This document shows, piece after piece, positions 10,042 through 18,040 of a stretch of DNA of 64,000 nt. Source of the DNA: Candidatus Latescibacterota bacterium (GTDB lineage Bacteria; Latescibacterota; UBA2968; UBA8231); NCBI GenBank assembly GCA_965204725.1, contig OZ242005.1, forward strand, positions 2,208,001 through 2,272,000, given 5' to 3'. The stretch's first letter is position 1; the number at the start of each line of letters is the position of its first letter. Both the position numbers and the translations under genes were made by a program. The notes beneath the pieces are model-generated. The model was not told the DNA's origin and did no database searches. It saw only the letters and a list, made by a program, of their open reading frames with translations.

Positions 10042-11127
10042 TCAAGGTATGTGTCCGGTGTCGAGGCTCTCCCACACGGTCAGCGCGAGAAACCCGAGAA
10101 AGGCGACGACGCCCAGACACACCGATGCCGCGTCCGAGAAGCGCAAGCGCCTTTGCAGCCAGCTTTCGATGAAGGGCCAGAACAAAAGCACCACCAACCC
10201 CGCAGCCATCAGCAACACGCTGAGCCGCAGCGAGGTCAGCTTGAGCAGGCGAAAGCTAAAGTAGAAATACCACTCCGGTTTGATGTGCGCCGGGGTTTGC
10301 GCTGGATTGGCCGGTTCGCCGAGGCCGGCCGGAAAAATCAGCGCCAACAAGGTCAGCAGGTACATCAGCAGCACGCCGATTAGCAACTCAGTTGTAGCGT
10401 GATCGGGCCAAAAGCGAAAGAAGCGCCCCTCGTCTTGGACTTCCTCGTCGTCGAAAACCTGCTCGGTGACCCCCTGCGTTCGGACCAATGCGATGTGCAG
10501 CCCGACGAGTGCGAAGGCAATGGTCGGCAGTACGCCGATGTGGAGGATGAAAAACCGCGTCAGCGTATTCGCCCCGATTGCCTCACCGCCGCGCAACAGG
10601 TGCGCCGCGACCGTCCCCACGAGGGGCAGCGCTTCAACCAAGTTGGCCGCGACCGTCGCCCCCCAGAAGCTGAGCTGCTCGTAAACGAGCGAGTACCCAG
10701 TGAACCCGAAAGCGAGCGTCGTCAGCAGCAGGCCGACGCCCACCATCCAGTTTAGCTGGCGCGGGTGCCGGTACGAAGCGGTGAAGTAAACGCGCAGCAG
10801 ATGCAGGAACACGGCGACGATCATGAGATTGGCAGCCCACTTGTGCAGCGAGCGGATGTACCAGCCAAAGCGCACGTCGCGCGTGATCGTCTCGACGCTG
10901 GCGTACGCTTCTTCGGGCGAGGGCACGTAGTAGAACGTCAGCGCGATGCCGGTGAGAATTTGCACGATAAACAGGTACGCCACCGTGCCCCCGAGACAGA
11001 ACCACCATTTCTTGAGGTGATAGGGCACTGGCTCGGCCCCGGCATGACGCACCCACTCCCAGTCGATCGGCAACAACTCGCTCCAGCGCCGCCCGCCGGT
11101 GGAGGGGCTATCGCTCGGCGCGCTCAT
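10042..11127 (-). CDS. Cytochrome b of a Rieske/cytb complex (unsplit, b6-like)
   Basis: WFCLGG, four heme-ligand His, PEWY motif. Confidence 0.92.
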   Translation of the reverse strand: MSAPSDSPSTGGRRWSELLPIDWEWVRHAGAEPVPYHLKKWWFCLGGTVAYLFIVQILTGIALTFYYVPSPEEAYASVETITRDVRFGWYIRSLHKWAANLMIVAVFLHLLRVYFTASYRHPRQLNWMVGVGLLLTTLAFGFTGYSLVYEQLSFWGATVAANLVEALPLVGTVAAHLLRGGEAIGANTLTRFFILHIGVLPTIAFALVGLHIALVRTQGVTEQVFDDEEVQDEGRFFRFWPDHATTELLIGVLLMYLLTLLALIFPAGLGEPANPAQTPAHIKPEWYFYFSFRLLKLTSLRLSVLLMAAGLVVLLFWPFIESWLQRRLRFSDAASVCLGVVAFLGFLALTVWESLDTGHIP

Positions 11128-11591
11128 CGGGGCGCATCTACTTCGAGATAGACCACCTGATTTTCGTCATCGACAACGAGTGGAGCCGGATAGAGGTTTT
11201 GCCCGGCGTCGGCCGGCGGTCCCGAGACCGCGACGCCGTCGGCGTTAAAAACCCCGTTGTGGCAGGGGCAGAAAAAGCGCGCTGCGTCGGCCTCCCAGCG
11301 CACCTTGCACCCCAAGTGAGGACAGGTTGAGCTAAAGGCTTGAAAGCCGTCTTCGGTGCGCTTGACCAGCACCTCGTCGCCTTTGAGATCGCGGATGGGG
11401 CGCACGGCGTCCGTCGGGAACGCCTCTACCGGCCCGACGAAAATCCGCCGCTTGCGTTTTCCCGTCGGCAAAAGAAAACTCAGGGTCTGACCGGCTAAGG
11501 TGCCGTAACTGGCCAACAAGCCGACGCCCATGAGCACCGACGCCAGCCAAGAACGGCGCGAGGGCTTGCCATTGTCGTGCGTATCTGTCAT
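11124..11591 (-). CDS. Rieske [2Fe-2S] subunit
   Basis: Tat-like SRRSWL; CPHLGC and CPCH boxes; GPP; 4-bp overlap with cytochrome b. Confidence 0.92.
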   Translation of the reverse strand: MTDTHDNGKPSRRSWLASVLMGVGLLASYGTLAGQTLSFLLPTGKRKRRIFVGPVEAFPTDAVRPIRDLKGDEVLVKRTEDGFQAFSSTCPHLGCKVRWEADAARFFCPCHNGVFNADGVAVSGPPADAGQNLYPAPLVVDDENQVVYLEVDAPR

Positions 11592-11692
11592 ACCGGGTCT
11601 GCTTTCTCCGCGATTGGCGTGGAATTTTTCCTTATCAAGTTAAAAAAAAGGCCATGCGGGGGCGCAAGCCCTCGCGCTTAGGGCCGGCGTCC

Positions 11693-12985
11693 TCACGGCT
11701 CGGCGCGCACAATCCGCACGTCGCGCTGCGGGAACGGAATTTCGATGGCGTTCTCTTTTAGCACATCCCAAATCATAAGGAGCAAATCGGCGCGGACTCG
11801 GTTTTCCCCGTCATCAATCCCAAGCATCCAAAACTCAACTAGGATGTTGACGCCCGAATCGCCGAAGCTGCTGATTTCCGCGTCCGGCCGCTCCTCAATG
11901 GGCAACTCCGGTCCAGACAGCACCTTCGGGTGCTGGGTGACGACCTCCTTCACGAGTTGGAGCACGACGCGCAGATCCGTCTTATAGGCCACTGAAAACT
12001 CAAGGGAGTAGCGCTGTTTTTTGTTGTTGTGCGTCCAGTTGACAAAGGACAGCGTGATGAACTGTTCGTTTGGAACGATGATGTCCTTGCCGTCAAAGGT
12101 CTCCAGCGTTGCCGAGCGCATATTCAACTCGCGCAGCGTCCCGGCGCGTCCGTCGTCAAACCCAATGTAGTCGCCGGGTGTGATCGAGCGGTCAAAGAGA
12201 ATGATGATTCCAGAGATGAAATTCGCGGCGATCTTTTGCAGGCCGAACCCAAGCCCGATGCCCAGTGCGCCGCCAAACACCGCGAGCGCGGTGAGATTGA
12301 TACCCATCGCCCCAAGCAGCAACAGGAAGATGCCGGCATACAGCCCGATTTGGAACAACTTGATGACCAACTCACGCGTACCGACACCCAGCGTGTGCAG
12401 GTTGCGAATGGCTTCCTTGCCAAATGCGTTTAAGAGGCTGCCGAGCCGAAACAGCACCCCGCCCGCAACCAAGGTGCGCCCGAGCGCGAGCAGAGAAATT
12501 CGGATGCTACCAATATCGACGAGGGCAATGGCATCGAGCCACGCACTGACTTCATCAAGCAAACCAAAGCCGCGAAGCGTCTCCACGGGGATCACGAGCC
12601 ACCTGAACAGCGAGGCAACGAGCGGATTCTCGACAAAATTTGCGATGACTCGATAGAGGAGCACGACCATCGCAACGCTTTGGGCCATTTGGACCAGCCA
12701 ACTCTGGCCCACGGCCGCGACGCAGACCTCAATCGCGACGCCCAACAGCAGCACACTGAGCGCGGGAGCGGCTAGATTGCGCGTCCGATAAAGCATAGTA
12801 CGCAGGTAGAGCAGCGGCCCGGCCTTCGGCTCAGCCGCAAACCCGCGGACCCGGCTTCGGACCACTAGGCCGATCAGCAGCACGACGAGGACCGCGGCAC
12901 CCTGTTCCCCAAGCCCCGGAAGCAACGCCTCGGCGTCGGTCCGCCAGAATTGTTGCGCGTCGTCGAGAATCCCTTCAATGGTCAT
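11693..12985 (-). CDS. Small-conductance mechanosensitive channel (MscS family)
   Basis: GIGLGFGLQ..ANFISG, VPNEQF and IPFPQRD motifs. Confidence 0.93.
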   Translation of the reverse strand: MTIEGILDDAQQFWRTDAEALLPGLGEQGAAVLVVLLIGLVVRSRVRGFAAEPKAGPLLYLRTMLYRTRNLAAPALSVLLLGVAIEVCVAAVGQSWLVQMAQSVAMVVLLYRVIANFVENPLVASLFRWLVIPVETLRGFGLLDEVSAWLDAIALVDIGSIRISLLALGRTLVAGGVLFRLGSLLNAFGKEAIRNLHTLGVGTRELVIKLFQIGLYAGIFLLLLGAMGINLTALAVFGGALGIGLGFGLQKIAANFISGIIILFDRSITPGDYIGFDDGRAGTLRELNMRSATLETFDGKDIIVPNEQFITLSFVNWTHNNKKQRYSLEFSVAYKTDLRVVLQLVKEVVTQHPKVLSGPELPIEERPDAEISSFGDSGVNILVEFWMLGIDDGENRVRADLLLMIWDVLKENAIEIPFPQRDVRIVRAEP

Positions 12986-13027
12986 CTTACAAAAATCCCA
13001 TGGCGTGAACTTGAAAACCAGTCAGAT

Positions 13028-13037
13028 TGTATATACA
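13028..13037. promoter_or_regulatory. Palindrome TGTATATACA, likely autoregulatory operator of brnTA
   Basis: Perfect 10-bp palindrome 20 bp upstream of the brnT start. Confidence 0.45.
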
Positions 13038-13056
13038 TTTTAATCGGCGACAATCA

Positions 13057-13320
13057 ATGTACGAATGGGACGAAAGCAAGCGGCAAGTCAATTTGGCCAA
13101 GCACGGCGTGGACTTTGCCGACATGAACGCCTTTGAATGGGACACCGCCGCGATCGACTCGGACGAGGAGCGCGCCGAACCGCGCTGGATCGCCATAGGT
13201 TTTATCGGCGCGGTTCTCTACTTTGTCGCCTTCACAGAGCGCGGCGACAACATCCGCATCATCAGCCTGCGCAAAGCCACTAGCAGAGAGGCCCGCAACT
13301 ATGTCGAAAGCCAAGCATGA
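13057..13320 (+). CDS. brnT: BrnT family toxin
   Basis: MYEWDESKRQVNLAKHGVDF...IRIISLRKATSRE; start placed at the ATG at 13057. Confidence 0.93.
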   Translation: MYEWDESKRQVNLAKHGVDFADMNAFEWDTAAIDSDEERAEPRWIAIGFIGAVLYFVAFTERGDNIRIISLRKATSREARNYVESQA

Positions 13321-13618
13321 CATCGTCCTTCCCACGCCAGCGGAAGACACAGCCATCCGCGCTGGCATCGCCGCCGACCCAGACGCACATGAGCGCACCG
13401 CCGAAGAGCTCGCTCGTATGCGCCCGGCCAGCGAGGTCGTCCCGCACATCGTCGAACGCCATCGGCGCATCCGGGGCAAACAGAAAGCTCCGACGAAAAA
13501 GCACGTATCGATTCGCCTCGACGCCGATCTCGCGGAGCATTTCCGCAGCAGCGGTCCAGGCTGGCAGACGCGGTTGAACGACGCGCTGCGGCAAGCGGTC
13601 TTTGGCGATTCGGAATGA
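13301..13618 (+). CDS. brnA: BrnA family antitoxin
   Basis: RGKQKAPTKKHVSIRLDAD...GPGWQTRLNDALR; overlaps the brnT end. Confidence 0.92.
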   Translation: MSKAKHDIVLPTPAEDTAIRAGIAADPDAHERTAEELARMRPASEVVPHIVERHRRIRGKQKAPTKKHVSIRLDADLAEHFRSSGPGWQTRLNDALRQAVFGDSE

Positions 13619-13632
13619 CGCGCCCGGCACAC

Positions 13633-14802
13633 CTAGCTCCTTTGCTTTGCCAAGCGGCTCAGTGCCGCGAGCAGCTCGTCGATTTCGGCCTCTAGCAAGA
13701 AAAAGGCGATGCTGGCGCGCAATCCTTCGCGCCCGTGTGGCAGCGGCTTGATCACCATGTTCCACTCGGCTCTGAGGGCGCGGCTTAGCTCCTCTCCCTT
13801 CCATCCCGCCAGTCCAAAGCTGACCAGCGCCGCAGACCGCTGTGGGGAGCGCGGCGTGTAGAGCACCGCACCCGGAATCTGCGCCAACCCCTCCTTTAGC
13901 CGCTCGGCCAACGCCACCGTCCGCGCCCAGATCGCCTCCAGCCCGATGGCCGATAAGTACTCGACGGCACTGGCCCAAGCCAGCACCAGCGGCCAGCACC
14001 AAGGACCGTACTGAAAGCGCTCGGCCGTCTCGTGCAGCGCGAAGGTGCCCGCCACCGGGTCCAACCACTGCTCAGCCCGGCCGCCGGCATAGCGCACCTG
14101 CACCGCGTCGAGGGCCTCCGGCCGCACGTAGAGCAACCCCGCGGCATACGGCGCGTACATCCACTTGTAGGAGAGCAAACCGGCAAAATCGCATCCCAGC
14201 GCGTCCAAGTCCAAAGGGTACAGCCCGGCCGAATGCGCCAGATCCAAAAAGCTACGCACCCCCCGCGCCCGCGCTGCCGCGCAAATCCGCTCCACGGGCA
14301 GGCGGAATCCCAAGTCGGTCGTCACGTGGCTCAGAGCCACCAGCTTGGTCCGCTCCCCCAGCCGCTCCTCCACGGCCTGCACCTGTCCATCGTCGTCGTC
14401 AATCAGCGGCACCCGGACCACCTCAACCCCATGCACATCCCGCAAGTGCAGGGCCGGCAAAAGCAGGGCCGCCTCCTCGTCCGCGCTGATCGCGATCTCG
14501 TCCCCAGCCGCCCAGTCCATCCCCCGCACGACCGTCTGAAACCCCTCGCTGACCCCCCGCATCAACGCCAGTTCCCTAGCCGCCACCCCAAAAAACCGCG
14601 CGAGCTGGTCCATCGCCGCCTTGCGCCGCGGATACTCCTCGGCTGGATAGACGATGTGCAAAGGCCCCCGCCGCACCGTCTCTTCCGTCCACCGTGCGTA
14701 CTCAGCGGCCACCGGCTCCGGCGTGATACTCACCCCCCCATTCTGGAACCAAGTGTACTGGGCTAGCGCGGGGAAGTCGCGGCGAATCGCTTGGACATCC
14801 AT
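13633..14802 (-). CDS. Class V PLP aminotransferase (cysteine desulfurase-like)
   Basis: IRRDFPAL, LSHV, DLAHSAG and SYKW (PLP Lys) motifs. Confidence 0.88.
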   Translation of the reverse strand: MDVQAIRRDFPALAQYTWFQNGGVSITPEPVAAEYARWTEETVRRGPLHIVYPAEEYPRRKAAMDQLARFFGVAARELALMRGVSEGFQTVVRGMDWAAGDEIAISADEEAALLLPALHLRDVHGVEVVRVPLIDDDDGQVQAVEERLGERTKLVALSHVTTDLGFRLPVERICAAARARGVRSFLDLAHSAGLYPLDLDALGCDFAGLLSYKWMYAPYAAGLLYVRPEALDAVQVRYAGGRAEQWLDPVAGTFALHETAERFQYGPWCWPLVLAWASAVEYLSAIGLEAIWARTVALAERLKEGLAQIPGAVLYTPRSPQRSAALVSFGLAGWKGEELSRALRAEWNMVIKPLPHGREGLRASIAFFLLEAEIDELLAALSRLAKQRS

Positions 14803-14808
14803 GGCATG

Positions 14809-15987
14809 TCAATCCGGGGATACAACGCCGCAATAATCGGCCGCCGCCAGCGCGTACACTTGCGCCGCCCTTTCCAGCCGATCCACCTCTACCCACTCCA
14901 CATCTGCATGCGCCGTCTCGTTTGAGGGGCCGTAGTAAAAGGTCGGCACCCCCGTCCCATGGACGTATAAATTGGCGTCCCCCACAATCCGCATCCCCAC
15001 CAACTCCGCCGCTTGGCCGGTCACCTGCTCGTGCGCTCGTCCCACCGCTTGCACGGCCGCATCGCTGGCGGGCGTCTCAAAAGGCTCGCGCTCGTGCTCC
15101 ATCTCAATCCGCAGGCTCAACCTTCCAGCCTCGGCCAACGGCCGCGCTAGCTCTTTTAGCTCGGCCAATACCTCCGGCGCGGTGCGCCCCGGCAGCCAAC
15201 GCCGAGTGCCCGTCAGCGTACAGCACAGCGGCGTGCGATTGAAATAGTCGCCCCCGGCGACCATGCCTAAGTCGATTCGCTCGGGACCGGCGAGCGCGTG
15301 GGCTGGCCCAGCGTCGAGCGCGCATTGACACTGGTGGATCTGCTCAATGAGCGCCCCCACAAAGCGGAGCGGGTTCTCCGCAAAGGGCACGTACTGGGTG
15401 TGCTGACCGCCAGCGGCCGATTCGAGGGTGATGGTAAAGACCATGGACCCCATGCTCATCACCCACAGCGCGTCGCGCCCCTCGACAATCAAAATTCGGT
15501 CGCCGCCAATCCGGCCGCTGTTGCGATCGGCGATTAGGGCCAGCGGTCCGTCCTTGCGCGCTTCGGGTTCCTCGTGCCCCACAATGGCCGTCAGCCACAA
15601 GTCGCCCCGCAATTCCACCCCGCTTTCCAAAAGTGCCTTAACCGCGCCCAACGCCGCGGCCATGCCCCCCTTCATGTCGGTCGCTCCCCGTCCGTACACG
15701 CGGTTGCCTTCGCGCCGAGCGGGCGGGCAGGCCCCTACGGGAATGGTGTCGAGATGACCGTTGAGCATCAGCGCGGGGCCATCCCCTCGGCCGGCGATGT
15801 GCGCGTAGAGGTTGTTGCGCCCCGGAGTCACTTCGCGCACATCGACCGCCAAGCCGACCTCGCGCATCATGTCCTTATAGGCGCGACACACTTCGGCTTC
15901 GGCCATGGTGACGCTGTAAATATCGACCAATTCCCGGGTCCGCTCGGCCACCCATTCTCGGTCAATCGCTGCGATTAATTTTTCCAT
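14809..15987 (-). CDS. M20 metallopeptidase / ArgE-like deacylase
   Basis: LNGHLDT, GRGATDMKGG, HEE and AH..VE motifs. Confidence 0.88.
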   Translation of the reverse strand: MEKLIAAIDREWVAERTRELVDIYSVTMAEAEVCRAYKDMMREVGLAVDVREVTPGRNNLYAHIAGRGDGPALMLNGHLDTIPVGACPPARREGNRVYGRGATDMKGGMAAALGAVKALLESGVELRGDLWLTAIVGHEEPEARKDGPLALIADRNSGRIGGDRILIVEGRDALWVMSMGSMVFTITLESAAGGQHTQYVPFAENPLRFVGALIEQIHQCQCALDAGPAHALAGPERIDLGMVAGGDYFNRTPLCCTLTGTRRWLPGRTAPEVLAELKELARPLAEAGRLSLRIEMEHEREPFETPASDAAVQAVGRAHEQVTGQAAELVGMRIVGDANLYVHGTGVPTFYYGPSNETAHADVEWVEVDRLERAAQVYALAAADYCGVVSPD

Positions 15988-15991
15988 TCTA

Positions 15992-16011
15992 TAGCCGTCC
16001 TACATCCTTCA
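15992..16011. repeat. End of the same MITE family as 63269-63383
   Basis: TAGCCGTCCTACATCCTTCA matches TAGCAATCCTACATCCTTCA at 63269 in 18/20 positions and is preceded by TA; no clear second end found. Confidence 0.55.
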
Positions 16012-16042
16012 TACGGGATGTTCTGGATGGAGTTTTGGGTAT

Positions 16043-16138
16043 GAGATACTTCGCTGCGCTCAGTATGACAAGGTCTGGGGTACGAAGCCCTCGTCTCGGT
16101 GTCATGCTGAGCGTAGCATAGCGCAGTCGAAGCATCTC
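16043..16138. repeat. REP-like inverted repeat pair
   Basis: gagatacttcgctgcgctcagtatgac (16043-16069) is inverted relative to gtcatgctgagcgtagc...cgaagcatctc (16101-16138). Confidence 0.7.
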
Positions 16139-16188
16139 TACACGCTTGCATCGCCGGTAGGCGGGGCCTTCTTTAGGCCCTAATATAA

Positions 16189-16231
16189 ATGATGACGAAA
16201 CGACGGCACGACGAACCGCTGCGATTGAACC
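16189..16231 (+). pseudogene. Degenerate copy of the first ~45 bp of the Type ISP-like gene
   Basis: atgatgacgaaa-cgacggcacgacgaaccgctgcgattga-acc versus gtgatgacgaaaacgacggcgcgacgaacggcagcggttgagacc at 18041. Confidence 0.65.
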
Positions 16232-16253
16232 TTCACAACCGCGAGGAAGTAAT

Positions 16254-17354
16254 ATGCCAACATTGAAGAATATCAAGATCAGGGGCTTTCGGTCCATTAA
16301 AGAAACGACGCTGGAACTTAGGCCGCTCAATGTTTTGATCGGCGCCAACGGGGCGGGTAAGAGCAACCTGATTGCCTTCTTCAAGCTAGTAAATGAACTA
16401 ATGGGCGGACGGCTTCAGCAGCATATTGGGGCGACCGGGCGGGCCACGGCCAACTTGCATTTTGGCCCGAGGCGAACCCCTCAATTGGAAGCGGAGATGG
16501 CGTTTGAGGTAGAGAATGGAACAGACACCTATCGGATGCGGCTGTTCCACGCGGCCGGTGATTCGATGATTTTTGCCGAAGAGACGCTTTCCTGCCAGCA
16601 AACAAATTTTTCGCGCCCAAAGGTCGTATCGCTGGGGATGGGTCATCAGGAAACGCGGATTGGCGACGAGGCTGAAAGGGACGAACCTACGGCAAAAGCA
16701 CTCAGGCATTTGCTGAACCGCTGTCGCGTCTATCACTTCCACGATACCTCGCCGGCTTCGAGAGTCCGGCAGTATTGTTACGTCGGCGACAATCGCTGGC
16801 TGATGCCCGATGCGGCGAATTTGGCCGCGATCCTACATGAACTGAAGTCCAGCAAAGAAACGGTGTATCGCCGGATCGTGAGGACCATTCGGCAGGTGGC
16901 CCCGTTCTTTGCAGACTTTGATCTAGAGCCGACCGACTCCAAAGACATCATTCTCAATTGGCGGCACTGCGAGTCCGATCGCGTTTTTGGTCCCCATCAA
17001 CTCTCGGACGGTACACTGCGGGCCATCTGCCTGATTTCGCTGTTGTTACAGCCCAAGGAAAATCTCCCCTATCTGATTGTGGTGGATGAACCGGAACTCG
17101 GATTACACCCCTACGCGCTCAATGTGATTGCCTCGCTGATTCGCGCCGCAAGCCACCATACGCAGGTTCTCGTCAGCACGCAGTCCAGCGCGTTTCTCGA
17201 CAGCTTTGAGCCGGAGGACATCGTGGTCGTTGAGCTAAAGAATGCAGCTACGGAGTTCGACCGGCTAGAGGCCGAAAAGCTCAACGCATGGTTGAAGGAC
17301 TACTCGCTCGGGGAAATCTGGGAGAAAAACGTCATTGGCGGAGGGCCGCACTGA
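16254..17354 (+). CDS. ABC-type AAA ATPase (AAA_21/AbiEii-like), putative defence
   Basis: GANGAGKS Walker A, LSDGT signature, VVDEPE Walker B. Confidence 0.9.
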   Translation: MPTLKNIKIRGFRSIKETTLELRPLNVLIGANGAGKSNLIAFFKLVNELMGGRLQQHIGATGRATANLHFGPRRTPQLEAEMAFEVENGTDTYRMRLFHAAGDSMIFAEETLSCQQTNFSRPKVVSLGMGHQETRIGDEAERDEPTAKALRHLLNRCRVYHFHDTSPASRVRQYCYVGDNRWLMPDAANLAAILHELKSSKETVYRRIVRTIRQVAPFFADFDLEPTDSKDIILNWRHCESDRVFGPHQLSDGTLRAICLISLLLQPKENLPYLIVVDEPELGLHPYALNVIASLIRAASHHTQVLVSTQSSAFLDSFEPEDIVVVELKNAATEFDRLEAEKLNAWLKDYSLGEIWEKNVIGGGPH

Positions 17355-18037
17355 TGGCGCGACTTTACCTCTTCGCCGAAGGTTTAACCGAGCAGACGTT
17401 TGCCGATACGGTCTTGAAGCCGCATCTAGCGAACTTCGGCGTCTATATGCAGAAACCAACCTTGATTGCACACTCCCGAAGGAGGGGAAGAGTACATCGC
17501 GGCGGCGGAAGAAATTTCCCAGCGATGCAAAACGACATCAACCGCCGTCTCAAGCAGGAGTCGGGGCATGACGTATTTTTTACCACGATGATTGACCTTT
17601 ACGCCTTGCCGGCGAAATTTCCCGGCGTTGAAGAAGCGGAGAAACTGCGCCACGACCCGTATAAACGGGTGGAGGCTCTCGAAAGATCGTGGTTCGATGA
17701 GACCAGCGATCATCGCTTCATCCCGTTCATTCAGTTGCATGAGTTTGAAGCGTATTTGTTTGCTGATGTATCCCAGTTCGCTTTCTTCTTTGACAATGCC
17801 GATTCCCAAATTTCCGCTTTGCATGATGTCCAGTCCCCAGAACGGATCGACGACGGGCAACATACCGCTCCATCGAAGCGGATCATCGCCCAATTTCCCG
17901 AATACGAATCCGCGAAAACAACGGTAGGACCACAGATGGCCGAACAGATTGGCTTGGAGAACATCCGCTCCAAGTGTCCCCATTTTAAGGCGTGGGTCGA
18001 GCGACTCGAGAAACTCGGAGCACCGGAGAGATCATAA
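17354..18037 (+). CDS. DUF4276 family TOPRIM-like protein, partner of the ATPase
   Basis: TGATG-coupled start at 17354; FAEGLTE, TTMIDLY, QLHEFEA and CPHF motifs. Confidence 0.85.
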   Translation: MARLYLFAEGLTEQTFADTVLKPHLANFGVYMQKPTLIAHSRRRGRVHRGGGRNFPAMQNDINRRLKQESGHDVFFTTMIDLYALPAKFPGVEEAEKLRHDPYKRVEALERSWFDETSDHRFIPFIQLHEFEAYLFADVSQFAFFFDNADSQISALHDVQSPERIDDGQHTAPSKRIIAQFPEYESAKTTVGPQMAEQIGLENIRSKCPHFKAWVERLEKLGAPERS

Positions 18038-18040
18038 CAA

